Shown one piece after another: positions 12,881 through 25,189 of a stretch of 64,000 bases of DNA; the first letter of the stretch is position 1, and every line of letters begins with the position of its first letter. Source of the stretch: the human T2T-CHM13v2.0 reference genome, Homo sapiens. The notes beneath the pieces are model-generated. The model made no database searches and was not told the origin of the DNA. It saw only the letters and a program-made list of their open reading frames with translations. Location of the stretch: assembly GCF_009914755.1 (NCBI RefSeq), contig NC_060936.1. One strand, given 5' to 3'. Both the position numbers and the translations under genes were made by a program.

Positions 12881-14809
12881 TTATTGTTTTGCCTTGTTGT
12901 TATCTTAGATAGGTTGTCCCTATACCATGCCAAAACTATTCTGTCAATTTGAGGGGGAAAAATTAAGAGTCAAAATAGCAAGTTGGTGCTTGAACATTTA
13001 CTTTCCTTTTGGTTATTTTATCATTGTGTCAAAGAATTACAAACAACATAATCCCTATTTTCAAAACTTCCTTAGCCCTCTGATCTTCCCAGAGTCACAG
13101 AAAGTAGTAGTTGAATGGCTTTAATCTAGTTTGTCTTAGTAATAGACCAACAATCCATCAAGAAACAAATGCCATTCTATGGCCCTAGTTAGATAGAATT
13201 CATGATTGTTTTTTCCCCTAGGACTGCATTGCAACCTCAGACAAGAATGGCAGACAGCCAGCAGGTTCTGCCAGCTGGCTTTGCACTGCTCTCTGGGTTT
13301 TAGAGAACAGGAGCACAGATATTTTTGATTCTGCAGGCCAATTCAAGCATAATTTACAGTGAAGAAGAAACCCTTTAATAGTGATTTCGCATGTAGAGAA
13401 ATTATATTTTTAATATAAAAGAACATCACAATTTTTTAACATGCGTGCATTTGAAATGGATACTTACAAATTATCAGCTAACATGGGACATTTCTTTAAA
13501 AAGCATGTTTTCCAACAATTGATTGCAAATCCAGTAAAGATATAAAATGACCTGTTGGTTTTGAGATATTTTATTCATTCATCTCTTCAATACATCTTTA
13601 GTGAGTGTCTACTATTTGCTCAACACTGGCATGACTCTGTATTAACTTTATTATTGACAGCTTTGATGTGGCACATTCTGCTGTAATATTGTTGCTTATA
13701 CTATACTAATAGTGGAAACTATTGCTCACTAACTATAACTAGTTTAAAATAAAATCTGAGATTAAAATTTAGCATTTAACTTTCTTAATAATTGAGATTA
13801 TTGCTGAAATCATTATGAATGTTTTTAGTGTAGGGAACTTTGCCTTGTCCCTCAGTGTACTAGAACAGTGCCTGACAGTTAAGAGTGCAATGTAATAACT
13901 AATTCAGTAAATAAGTATGAAAATCTAAGAAATGCAGAATGTCAATTAGAGGAATTATGCTAATGATGAAAGGCTACGAACCCTGGAAAAAATTTTCATT
14001 TCAAAAATATACATAATATTCTCGAAATATAATTTTTATTTATATTTAAAAAGATGTGCATAATTTGTATTAAATACGTATGAATGTATTATAAGGTAAA
14101 AAAGATGCATGTCTATATTTAAGTGTGGGTGGAGAGAAATACAATCTACTCTATTTAAAAGTTTCTAAAATGTACTTGTGAAATATTAATATTTTTCACC
14201 TAAAAGAGTTTTTTCTTTTTTCTTATTCAAGAAAGTTTTCTCTTTGAAATTTAATGTAGCGCTTAAAAATATTCAGTGCTTTGTTTAATACGCAAACTTA
14301 GCATAATTGGATTTTGTGAGCCTGGCTCTTAAAACACTATGTGAAAACTTTTTCTCTAATACACTTAGTTCAATATGCTTTATACTTTTTATCAAAACTT
14401 TGTAATGAATTTTAAAATAATTTTATAGCTAGATTATTTTATAGGTAACACAAAATATTTTCCAAGATGAAGTTCTTTGAAGCAAAGTCATTAATTTTGT
14501 TATATAATTGAATTTAGCTCCTACTTTTTAATCTAAGTTACTTTTAGAAATATAAATTAGAAAGTCATATGAATAGATAGACTCCTTATTGAAAGTAAAG
14601 TAGCATTATCTTGTAATTGTACAGTAAGACCAAACGCAAATGTGACAAACCAGGTTAATCAAATAAATGGTCATTAAAAATTGCTATTAAATGTGTAAGT
14701 GGTGACTAAGAGAGGCTGAGGTAATGATAATTATATTTCCATAGTTTTCTGATAAAGTAGATGTTTTGGATGGAAAAAATACTGAGGTGATGTTTATTTA
14801 CTTATTATT

Positions 14810-15310
14810 TTATTCTTTCATTTAACAAATATTGATTTAAATTGACACTTTGCCAGGCACTCTTCTATTACTAATACTAAATTTGTGAACAAGCCAGATA
14901 ACAAAACTGCTCTCAGGGAACTTAAATCTGGGAGGAGAAGGCAGATGTTAATACATTATAACTATGGTGAAATCAGGTGGATTTAATTGTGAGAAGAAAA
15001 TAAGAAAGACCAGAAAATGATGTGGGGAGACAGGGCCAATTTAGATTGAATAGTCAAGGAAGTCTCCTTTGAACTGAGATCCAATGACAAGATGCCAGCC
15101 ATTACAAGATTGTGAGTCCTATTCTCTAGGCAAAAGAAAGAGCCAAATGTTCCAAGGGAGAGAGCTGATCTCGGTGTGTCTGAAAAATGGAGAGAAGGCA
15201 CATTAGAGTGGAGCATGGAGAACTGGAGGAAGGAAGTGGAGAAGAGGCTAGAGCACATGCAAAGTACACCACATAGGGCCTTGTAGGCCATGGAAAGAAC
15301 TGGACTGAAC
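14810..15310 (-). mobile_element. L2a 3' portion
   Basis: ttcatttaacaaatatt...tgccaggcact...agggccttgtaggccatgg. Confidence 0.75.
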
Positions 15311-16133
15311 TACAAGTATCATGAATTGTGAACAGCATATTGGTACTATTTATAATTTTAGAAATTTCTTTTATGTGGAACAATAGCTGTTCTATACTTT
15401 TTATAGTTACATGAATTTGGATTCCTGTTGGTGAACATTCTTATTTCTTAATTTGAATACTCAATACCATCAAAATGCATGTAATTTTTAATTCATTGCG
15501 GTTTGTCAGAACACTAGAGGCAATTAAAATCATTTGACATAGTATTTTCCTTTTTATCCTTTTACATGAATGCATTTTTCAGTTATTTCAAAATTCAATT
15601 GAACAAAATCTAAACCATTTATTTCACTATATCCTTCATAAAACATCACACTTTTTAAAACTTGTATGGATATGTATCTCTATCTGTTTGATTTTATATT
15701 AATCCATTGCTTCTCTAACCAGAAAGAATAGTAGTGAACAATATCTTTTCAGGTTAATGATTTAATGTGTCATGAAATTTTTCATGAAGTGTATCATGAA
15801 ATGTTTCATGATGATAAAACTACTTATTTTCTAAAAACATTAACTTTGAATTGAATGTGGACCTCCTAAAATATTTTTTTCCAAAAAGAAAGTCTTCTTC
15901 CATGAATGATGAAGATTAGTGTTGGTTACTGAGTTCGAGATTTTATTTTGGTGTAGTATTTTTTCCCTTTTCTTCATTTTCCAGACATGAATGTCTGCCA
16001 AACACACACTGTATTTAAACCCCTGAGAAGTTCAAAAGGGATTGGAGACAGCAAAGGGAGGTCTTTTATATTTCAATATCCTCTGTAATTAACATTTCTG
16101 TCTTAGCATTAATAAAACTAAGCTTTTGCCTAC

Positions 16134-16393
16134 TTTTGCTTTTGATTTTAGTGGTTGAAGCCATTATTATTTGTGCAAAAAGACAATCTAGTAACACAAG
16201 TGTAAATTGGAGGGTAATTTGAAGAGATAATTTGCTGTTGTGAAAACAAGTCCAAATATTTGTTCATGTAGTTGTTGGCAAAATGGTGATCATAGACCAA
16301 TCCAATTCTCCTCAGACACCAACTGGTTGTTGTTGAGTGCTTGGCCTTCACAGTAGTCATGTGATCAAACTCCATCATACATGCTTGAAACAT
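16134..16393 (-). pseudogene. ZP-C C-terminal exon remnant
   Basis: Opens A-TGT, completing 'RG|C'. NKYLDLFSQQQIISSNYPPIYTCVTRLSFCTNNNG resembles the ZP-C end 'VYLHC.L..C'. Donor AA|gtaggc. Confidence 0.55.
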
Positions 16394-16491
16394 CTTTAAA
16401 AATGGAGAGTACTCTTAATGGATGAAATGTGGATGCTGCCTCCTTACCTCTACATTCCTAAAAATAATCTACATTCCTAAAAATACACTTC

Positions 16492-16790
16492 AAACTGGAA
16501 ACCATCATTCTCAGCAAACCAACACAAGAATAGAAAACCAAACACTGCATATTCTCACTCATAAGTGGGAACTGAACAATAAGAACACATGGACACAGGG
16601 AGGCGAACATCACACACTGGAGCCTGTCATAGGGTGGGGGATGGGAGGGAGGGATAGCATTAGGAGAAATACCTAATGTAGATGATTGGTTGAGGGGTGC
16701 AGCAAACCACCATGGCACATGTATACCTATGTAACAAACCTGCACGTTCTGCACATGTACCCCAGAACTTAAAGTATAATAATAAATATG
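16492..16790 (+). mobile_element. Older L1PA 3' end followed by (TA)n
   Basis: ctggaaaccatcattctcagcaaac...cagaacttaaagtataat. Confidence 0.95.
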
Positions 16791-17845
16791 TATATATATA
16801 TATATACTTTAATACTGATTATGCTGATCATATAATCGCAATTACACACATAGTGTTGATCTTATGTGTGTAACTATGCCCACTGATTCTTGAAAAAATG
16901 ACAATACATTTGTTTACATAAATTGTAAAGAATCCAATTGAAAGCAAGCTCAACATATAGAGTAGTAAAAACATGAAGTGTATCTTAGGGACATCTCTGT
17001 ACCTTCCACATAGGGCAATATAATAGGTCACAATTTATAAACAGCCATCTACCAGTGTTAGTTCCTTATAAACAATGATGCAAACTAGTGTAGGTAATAT
17101 AAACTGAAAATATGGAAAAGAAAAAATAATTTGTCAGTAATAACAGCCCTCACTTTGAACTATAGCAATACTATTGATGAATATCAGTATTATTATATTT
17201 TTTCCAGGAGGTTTCTCATTTTTCTAGAAAGTGGTAGACCTTGAGTTTTTTAACAACCAAATAAATAAATATACAAAATCAAATTAAACATAAGAAATTT
17301 AAGTTTATTTTTTTCATTGATGTGGGTGCACACACATTAACTGTAAAGCAGAAGTAAATTGATAGTTGGTTATTTTACTGGCAACTGTGTTTTGTTTGAT
17401 CTTGACATCTGATACTCATGAAATTTGTAGCGTGCTGTGAAAGACTCTGACACTATTAAAAATTTGAAGCTCCAAATAAACATACTGGATGCACCATTTT
17501 CTGAAAGTCATTTGTGAGATTATGTACTAAAGCAAGGATCTTAATTTCAAGTCTTAACTATTCAAACTCTACTAACGTAAGTTCTGAAAGAGGAATTAGG
17601 GTCATAGTATTAAATCAGCTGGATTTGGCTACAATTTTACAGAATCAATTCTTAACTCAGAAAATTGTCAAAATTCATTTATCTTATACCTCATGTGAAA
17701 GTAGTATGGCAGTTCATAGAAGTAAAATAAAAAATCGTCAAATCTGAAATTTATCTTTCAAATAAATGTAGATACTTTTTTGTGTTTTATCTTAAAAAGA
17801 GTTTTGTGTTTTATATTAAAAAAAGAGAAAAATCTCAAAATATTT

Positions 17846-18177
17846 ATACATATACAAAATATATATACAAATATATATTATATGTATATATATTTTTGAG
17901 ATGGAGTCTCACTGTGTCGCTCAGGCTGGAGCACAGTGGCACGATCTTGGCTCACTGCAACCTCTGCCTCCTGGGTTCAAGCTATCGTCCTGCCTCAGCC
18001 TCCTGTGTAGCCTGGGATTACAGGCACGCACCACCATGCCCAGCTAATTTTTGTAATTTTAGTAGAGATGGGTTTTCGCCATGTTGGTCAGGCTGGCCTC
18101 GAACTACTGACTTCGTGATCTGCCCGCCTCGGCCTCCCAAAGTGCTGGGATTACAGGCGTGACCCACCGCACCTGGA
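17846..18177 (-). mobile_element. AluS (Sg/Sc-like) with AT-degenerated tail
   Basis: Full dimer; 'cgtgatc' short variant; aaaatattt flanking repeat. Confidence 0.95.
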
Positions 18178-19064
18178 TAAAATATTTGTATATTTTATAT
18201 GTAACACTTGTTTTATAATTATCTGTACAATTCAATAGGCTTTTATTCTTTCTGCATTCTATAAAAAGGTTTTCTTTATTGGTTAAAGAGATACACATAT
18301 ATTAATTTCAAAAATTGCTGAATGAACATGATTTACAATATTCTGAATATTTAATAGGTATGTATATTTATCATAATCTTGAATGACAAATTATAAGATA
18401 GTTATACATAAATTAATTTATAAATGTGCCAAGAATTTTCTTATAGTTTTTGACCATATTTTATAAAAAGAAATTTTTGTACCTTTTAAGCTAGAGGACA
18501 ATTCTCTTACCCCATTATTTTTTTTCTATTAAAAAATCACATATTATTAAAGAATCACAGTTGAATCTGTATTACAGAAAACTTGATCTGTCTCATTAAT
18601 GGAACCAAGTAACTACTGTATTCAGTAAGAAAAATAATAATTTAAACAGCTATATATCATAACAGTTATTAGAATCCCCGGTAACCAAAATTTAGTCATA
18701 AACCAAATTTACTAATTTTTGTTTTTATAGTGAAATGTTACAATTTAAAAAACAAACTGGAAACACTAGTGTGTATTGAATTTGAATTTATATTTTTATA
18801 GACAATGTTTTCCTATAAATATTTGTGAGATTTTAAATTGGTCATGATCTGCATATGACTTAGCCTTATGATACTTCTATATTAAGTTACATGTGATTTA
18901 TCCATTGGAAAGCTAATGGAAAGCTTAGATACATTGAAGAGAGACACTATTAACGTGTAAAAATATAAAATTTGAATTTTTTAGTAAGTATTCAATGAGC
19001 ACCTACTCTGGAAAAAAATAATGTACTGGATCTTTGGAGAACATGGATGTATAAAACATCATAA

Positions 19065-19156
19065 CCTCTATTCACCAGTTTTCGAGTATCTCGACCTAAC
19101 TCTGCCCAAGGATGAAACTCATTAATTCTAGAGTAGCTCATGATACGTAAGTCAAC
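19065..19156 (-). pseudogene. ZP-C exon remnant
   Basis: ttttctgtgtttcag| acceptor, phase 2. SFILGQS*V (similar to 'LVL..CWA') then LVNRG (similar to 'LI.NG-C'). Donor is either weak AG|gttatg or a GT>TT mutated site. Confidence 0.55.
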
Positions 19157-19888
19157 CTGAAACACAGAAAAACTATCTTTATATGGAAAACTTTTAAAAA
19201 GAAAAGTGCTGCAAGATAATGTTATTTTACATTTGAAGGGAAGAGATACATATTCCATTGTTCAAAAATGATGCAAAATCTGCTCCATTACATGAGTAAT
19301 ATTATATGAGCCATAGTCTATACAACATAAAAATACACAAGTGGACATTCTTAGTGTTCTAATAACATACATACAATTTTAACCTGAAAGATCAAATTAT
19401 ATATATAATTGTCATTGGCAATTAGGCATAATAGAACTAAATGTTTTAGAAGAGATTTTATTTTTTTGGTAAAAGATTTCAAAGTTTAAATAGAATCAAC
19501 TTTCACTTAAATCCATTTAATAGTTTGTAATATTGTCCTATCTTGAGTCTCAATTATCATTGTATTTAATCATCTTATAATAAGAAGGCCAAATATGAAT
19601 TAAGCAATCTCCTAAGATATCTCATAAAACTGTAGCTTTTTTGTTGTTATTGTTCTTACCTGAATACATCCAATAGTAGGCACTGATTACTTGGTAAGGC
19701 AATTTTTTGTTCCAGGACCATTCTAATCTTGAGAAATGTCTTCCTGTTTTCTGTGGGCCAGAAAAGTTTATCATCTTTCTTTAGTAACATGTTGCCATGA
19801 TTTTAAAGAGATTAATTATCTGGGGCCAGCCCATAGTTCCTTCTTAGTAGAAGTACAGAAATCCCGCGGGGGGCGGGAACTGACTTAC

Positions 19889-20215
19889 CTACACACTTCC
19901 ACATAACATACAATGGGTTTTGCCATTAAGATCAGCTTTAGGAGTAAGAATCCACCAATTTCATGGAGAATTGGAAACTCTCCCTATCCAAATTATCTAA
20001 CTTGTATGTTGACAGTGGTGTCCCGGTGGTAATTGAAGGAAAACAGTTGTAATAGTAATAGCTAAATTGTCTTGAACACTCACTAATATCAGCTTTACAT
20101 TCAATGTTTCCTTCAAAGTCATACAATTTATGTTTACTAAAATTCCTTAAGCAGGAATGGTTGGGAGAAAGGTAAACCATCTATTCTTCTCCCCTAACCT
20201 TTTATTACATGGCAT
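19889..20215 (-). pseudogene. ZP-N / linker / start of ZP-C exon remnant
   Basis: Consensus donor AG|gtaagt. VYLSPNHSCL...IECKADISECSRQFSYYYYNC...ESFQFSMKLVDS / YVEVC. Confidence 0.65.
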
Positions 20216-20295
20216 CTACAATATATTGGATTTTGATTTTCTTACTGTTGTTTATTTTCATTTTATTTCAGTTTCAATAAAATAAACCTAAATAC

Positions 20296-20333
20296 CTGAA
20301 CATTGGACTATTATTCCTTTTAAGGGAAATGAC
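20296..20333 (-). pseudogene. 38-nt exon carrying the start of ZP-N
   Basis: ctttacttttcctag| and CAG|gtattt. SFPLKGIIVQCS; joins the next block in phase 1 to give IIVQCSDAM. Confidence 0.5.
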
Positions 20334-20463
20334 CTAGGAAAAGTAAAGATAGAGTTTTTTGACCTTTTTAATTTTTTTTTAAATTACAGCACATTACAAG
20401 GCTATTAAAAGTGTTGTAAATAATGTAAAATCTATTTAAAACTCTAATATGGAGAAAAATTAC

Positions 20464-20618
20464 TCTAATTATATGTGCTGCAGCATCAAGGAAGTTTTTT
20501 CCCCCAAAGGGCTTCTCATATTTCATAAACACTGATGAGTTTTCCCTTCACCGAAGTAACATCAAAATTATATTTGTAATTTAGAAGTAAGTCTCCTTGT
20601 CAGTATATTTCAAGGAAT
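20464..20618 (-). pseudogene. SEA-like module B, last exon
   Basis: ttttatttcttcag| acceptor. FLEIY*QGDLLLNYKYNFDVTSVKGKLISVYEI*EALW; the TGA stops could be CGA>TGA decay. Confidence 0.5.
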
Positions 20619-20711
20619 CTGAAGAAATAAAAGCACTATTTTTAGCATACTCCAATCAAGCCAGTAAATAAAGATATGGAATATATAAATATAAAGAAAT
20701 TTGTGTATTTA

Positions 20712-20787
20712 GAAAGTACAATTATAAAAGAGGTTCCTTTCAATAGAAGATGATTTATTGAATTATTTTCTATAACATTAAGAAAGT
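20712..20787 (-). pseudogene. SEA-like module B, middle exon
   Basis: Long U-tract acceptor ending ctatttcaag|. FLNVIENNSINHLLLKGTSFIIV. Donor decayed. Confidence 0.4.
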
Positions 20788-20924
20788 CTTGAAATAGAAA
20801 AAAAAACAAAATGAAATCAAATATTAAGTTCTGGTGATTGATTTTATTGTAGGCTTTTGTGTATGTATTCAAAAAGTAGAAAGATGTTCTGAGGGAAAAA
20901 TGTATTTCCTCATGACAAGTGGAA

Positions 20925-21130
20925 GTTCATTCAAGTATTTAACAAATACTGGTGAGTACCTGCCAAGTACCTGATTCTAAGGGCTGAAGATATAGCAGTG
21001 CCCAGAACAGAAAAAGATACCAACCTTCATTTAGTTTATGGGATAATAGAGAGAAGCAGATAGATGTACTAAGTTGTAAAATATTTAGTATGTCAGACTC
21101 TAAAATTCTATAGAGAAAAGAAAGGGAAAA
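20925..21130 (-). mobile_element. L2 3' end, in a predicted intron
   Basis: ttcattcaa...gagtacctgccaagtacc...gatatagcagtg. Confidence 0.6.
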
Positions 21131-22155
21131 AGGCCGTAACAGCAGTAAATATATGAGTTGTCTGTGGGCCACAAATTCATGCGACAGCATTCAAGTTGTG
21201 AGGGATACACTGGAAGTCCTGGCCTCTTGTGGAAATTAGAGTAAACAGAGGATTCATTCTGCCTGTCTTGATGCAGGTCGTGGACAGACTGGGGGTGTCT
21301 GTCCTGGTGTAAGAAATGACCAGAGTCCTGCCAGGAAGAAGCAGTGTTCTGGGCTCTATCTTTACTCTGCTAGAGCACCACGGTATCCCTAGGCCGTATT
21401 GATCATTCTGTCATTTTCAGGTTAACATCTCATCACCAAAACATTTATTTTAGTGCCTACTGTGTCAAACGTTATGCTATATCTTGTGCATACAAAGAAA
21501 ATTAAGACTTCATAACCGCACATGAAAAGCTTAATTCTGGCACTTTAATAATACCTACTGCTATAACTTTTGATATAAATTATTTAAAGATAAGATTTTC
21601 ATGTTGTATTTATTAAAGTGTACATTTATGGCAAAGTGTGTTTAGACAGGGAATTTAACATTTATTGAGGTCCTCCTCTTGTTTGGGTTTGTGGTAGGTG
21701 CTTCAGGTACATTACCTTATAAAATCACCTTAAAACATTATCTTCAGTTGGGTGTCATGTTTCCCATTTTAAAAGAAGAAAAAAAAAGATATGCAAGTTC
21801 ATAAAGCAAGCAAGTGGCAAAGCAGACAATTGAATCTTAAGTATTCATTTATTCTTTCTGTCAAAATAGGATGCCTGCAAAAACCACCCCATAAAATAGA
21901 TTCATTCTGTAGCTTGATAATATTATCATAATTACCTATACAATATGGAAAAATCAATTAGTTTATATGAAAATACATTAAATCAGAATATATTACATAA
22001 TACATAAATAGATTTATGTATAAATCAGAATATATTACATAATATATTATACATTAGCTCTCTGGGATATCACTTGTCTAGTTAAGGACCAAGAGATTGA
22101 GTTTCTCTAGCAAAGCAAAATGATTACGTTTCGGTAATGATTCTTAGAGATTTAC

Positions 22156-22255
22156 ATCGTCAAAGCAGTTCTTTCCAGAAGTTGCATACTTATTAGAGCA
22201 TTCAACACTAAATTCTTCTCTTATGTACTGATGAAAGTATACGAAGATGAGCTGT
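22156..22255 (-). pseudogene. SEA-like module B, first exon
   Basis: ttttggtttcag| and GAT|gtaaat; 100 nt. TAHLRILSSV / EEFSVECSNKYATSGKNCFDD with a 1-nt frameshift. Confidence 0.55.
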
Positions 22256-22324
22256 CTGAAACCAAAATATAAAATGCCAAGTGCCGTTAGGTCAAACACT
22301 CTGATCTGCCTCCCAGTTATTACT

Positions 22325-22425
22325 GTCATGAAGCTACCTTTTATTTTGTCAAATGAAATAAAAATGTGAGTTTGCCTATGCTTTACAACCAAAAAAGCAT
22401 CATCAAAACCACAAGTTCTTAGGAC
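22325..22425 (-). pseudogene. SEA-like module A, second exon (acceptor apparently mutated)
   Basis: VLRTCGFDDAFLVVKHRQTHIFISFDKIKGSFM; contains a SEA-like 'F..xGS' motif. 3' end uncertain. Confidence 0.4.
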
Positions 22426-22519
22426 TTAATAGAAGCAAAATGATCAAGATGACTGTTTGTACAAAGCATTGATCTGTTTCTCTGCTTTATACTTTGAAGG
22501 TAATGAGTAATTTAATTAC

Positions 22520-22636
22520 CTCTCAGGTATATAGAGAAAAGTTTTTCTCCAAACATTTTCTAGGGTCTGAAGTATCTGAAATTGATCAGCTAGCAGCCGT
22601 GTGATCACACTGAAAGTATGCAAATTTTGGTTTTGC
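22520..22636 (-). pseudogene. SEA-like module A, first exon
   Basis: ttttgacctttag| and GAG|gtaatt. HTFSVITRLLADQF / SDTSDPRKCLEKNFSLYT*E. Confidence 0.55.
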
Positions 22637-23016
22637 CTAAAGGTCAAAATAATAGAAAATCACACCAAGCTATTAAAATCTTACTTTATTTTTTTGTGTG
22701 TTTTTCTCATCTTGCCAGTTTTCAGAAACTCAAGGAAAATAATCTGTCAAGGATTCTTCACTATCTGATCAGCCTGAGGCAAATAACTTCATCTCCCTCT
22801 GCCTCAGTTTCCTCATATCCACAATCTCCACAATTCCATGAAAATCCTACTCATTCAACTAATATTCATGGAATTTCCCATTTCTAAGCACAGAGGGTCT
22901 TTCTTAATCCATTATTTTAGTTGAAATACTGAATTTAAAATTACAAATTTTGAAGACGGATCAGTTTTTCTTTTTTTTTTAAGTACTGGTTATGTTATTT
23001 CTAAATATAATGTTAC

Positions 23017-23284
23017 CTTAAGGGCACATGGTACAACTTCAAAGAAACCAGAAGCTCAGGCTACAGTCTCTGTCAGTTTTCATAAGAACATATCTCAACA
23101 ATATAAAACTGAACAGAACTCAACAGTTCACTCTTAGAGCAGAATCTGTGTCAATCATTCTGCTCTAATGATCAGTACTTAAAGCCAAGATATTTTCCCC
23201 AAACACTAAAATATGGTTTTCCCATGTTCCAATGGTTATTTGGTAATATTTCCACTTTACCCTGTATTACAACTTCCAATATTT
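23017..23284 (-). pseudogene. FN3-like exon remnant
   Basis: ttttatttatag| and AAG|gtaaca, phase-1 start. ...SELLSSVQFYIVEICSYEN*QRL*P. Confidence 0.55.
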
Positions 23285-23409
23285 CTATAAATAAAATAGA
23301 CTTAATAGAATATTGCAGTGGAAATGAATAAAAAGAATTCATGGAAAGAGTCGGCAGAGTCCACTATTTTGGCCCTTAGTAAAGTCATGACATGTCCAGG
23401 TTTAACCTC

Positions 23410-23694
23410 TTATCTGGAATATGCAGAAAATCAAATATTTTTTTTACTTCATTTGGGATTGATCAGGTTCTGGGACACTGATCTCTATTATATGTTTCAT
23501 AAAGAAATGATTTAACAATCAGATCATGTTTTATTAATATATAATTAAGGCATTTCAATCAACCAAAAGATTCCTAATCCCTGCAGGACAAAGAGGGCAT
23601 GGAAGTTGCCTTTTATGACAGACTCTGTATTGCTCCTCCCTGTGGATATGGAATGATTTCTGCCCAGAAATGGCTATCTTAATTGGCATTGCAC
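23410..23694 (-). pseudogene. Possible FN3-like exon remnant
   Basis: atttactcag| acceptor. ISGQKSFHIH ... FMKHIIEISV. Donor unclear. Confidence 0.35.
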
Positions 23695-23971
23695 TGAGTA
23701 AATATATTACAGTTACTGTTTTTTCTAGCCTCCATGCATTTTTTGTGCTCCCATTCACAATTTTATTAACTTATTGTAAATATTTCCAAGGTGAATGGTT
23801 ATCTAATATAAGTGTATGATTAGTTTAATTACTTTATGAAATTAAAGTATGCTATGATTTATCATCCATTTATTTACAAAACATCTCAGGGTGAGTTATT
23901 TCTAAATTGCTTTGCTTCGTCTGTTTCCTTATTTTCTAGGTAGAAAAATAATTTATTTTTTTTCTTATTAC

Positions 23972-24207
23972 ATCTTCAAATTGTTTTCGGTATTTATAAT
24001 TCCTTTTTGCTCTTAAGATTCTGATTAAATTCTAACTGCAACACAAACAATAAATATAAGCTTATGCTTTATCCATAGGGAAAAAAATCCAGGGACATGT
24101 ATACCCCCTTCTATCCAGAGAGAATTGTTATAGAAACCATTCTAACCAGACTTATTTGCTGACATATTTTTCTTACGGTTAAATTTTGGTCCTCTTATAA
24201 TCTAAGC
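23972..24207 (-). pseudogene. FN3-like exon remnant
   Basis: ctctgtctatctag| acceptor. Frameshifted pieces QNLTVRKI / SANK / VWLEW, a typical FN3 N-terminus. Confidence 0.6.
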
Positions 24208-24304
24208 CTAGATAGACAGAGACATATATATAGATAAAGATTTTGTCCTCATTGTCCTCCATGAAGGAAAATTACAGATAATGACTAATCAATATAATAT
24301 CTAC

Positions 24305-24500
24305 TTGTTTTCTTGAGCATTGCCATCACCAAACTAGTACTTTAATAACTAACACCTATCTCAATATAATCCATTTCACTTTTGGTTGTTGTAATTCATT
24401 TTACTGCAATCGAATACCATGTTATTCTAACTTAGTCTTCAAAGTGTCAAGTACCACCCACAACAGGTTGTTCTTTCAATTTTTAAAAAATGTACTCTCT
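24305..24500 (-). pseudogene. FN3-like exon remnant
   Basis: VHFLKIERTT ... TKSEMDYIEIGVSY*STSLVMAMLKKT, then a phase-1 donor |gtagat. Confidence 0.45.
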
Positions 24501-24729
24501 CTTTAAATAATAGTCATTCATAAAGTTATCAGATATTACTGATGCCCTAGTACCATCTCCAATATTGTTTGACCCCTTCTTCCTCCTCTGTTCACATATA
24601 TCCAGCTTGGCATTATCAGCCCCCAACCCTGTTGTTTCCTGCTTTATTCATGTACATCCAAGAATCACTACATTTCATATCTAGAAATAAATTAGAAATT
24701 GCTTCCTCACCATTGAGTGGGCCCCAGAA

Positions 24730-24880
24730 CTATTTACCTACTAGGTTGTAAGCTTCCTAAGGAAGGGCAGTTGTCATCTTACATTTGTAGCCCAAATGCC
24801 TAGCATAGTCCATGTGGCATAGTAGGTGTTTAACAGATATTTGCTAAGTAAATGGATGAGTGAATAATTGGATAAACAAA
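24730..24880 (+). mobile_element. L2 3' end
   Basis: tgtaagcttcc...gcctagcatagt...gcatagtaggtgtt...aaatggatgagtgaa. Confidence 0.65.
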
Positions 24881-25189
24881 AGCATGAACTTAAACCCTGA
24901 CCTCCTTGCCTAGTTCTTATAGTTCCTTTATTGCATATCCAGTGTGTCAGTTCCTAAACATTCAATTTCTGCCTACTGCCTTGTACTAAACCTGGGTTAA
25001 CTTTTTTAGACTCTAGGACTCAAATAATAAAAAGGCTTAGGGATTTTTCTGCCCTTTTAATTGATTTCTCAGCTCATCTTAAATCCCTAGATATTTACAT
25101 CCATCTGGTTCAGACTGCAAACATTTATTTGTTGATTCATTCAATTGGTGTATATTGATTTTTTAATGTAAGTTGTTGAATTTTGCATG

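Noticed and set aside
17782-18298. 126-aa and 64-aa ORFs
   Set aside because: Alu-derived translations.
16148-20180. Initial reading of ORFs here as cadherin (LDRE) or ZPBP-like
   Set aside because: Motif order is wrong for cadherin. A ZP module explains all four exons and their phases better.
21979-22044. 24-bp repeat pair (and a 15-bp pair at ~56765-56796)
   Set aside because: Ordinary slippage duplications in AT-rich DNA; only two copies each, not a CRISPR-like array.
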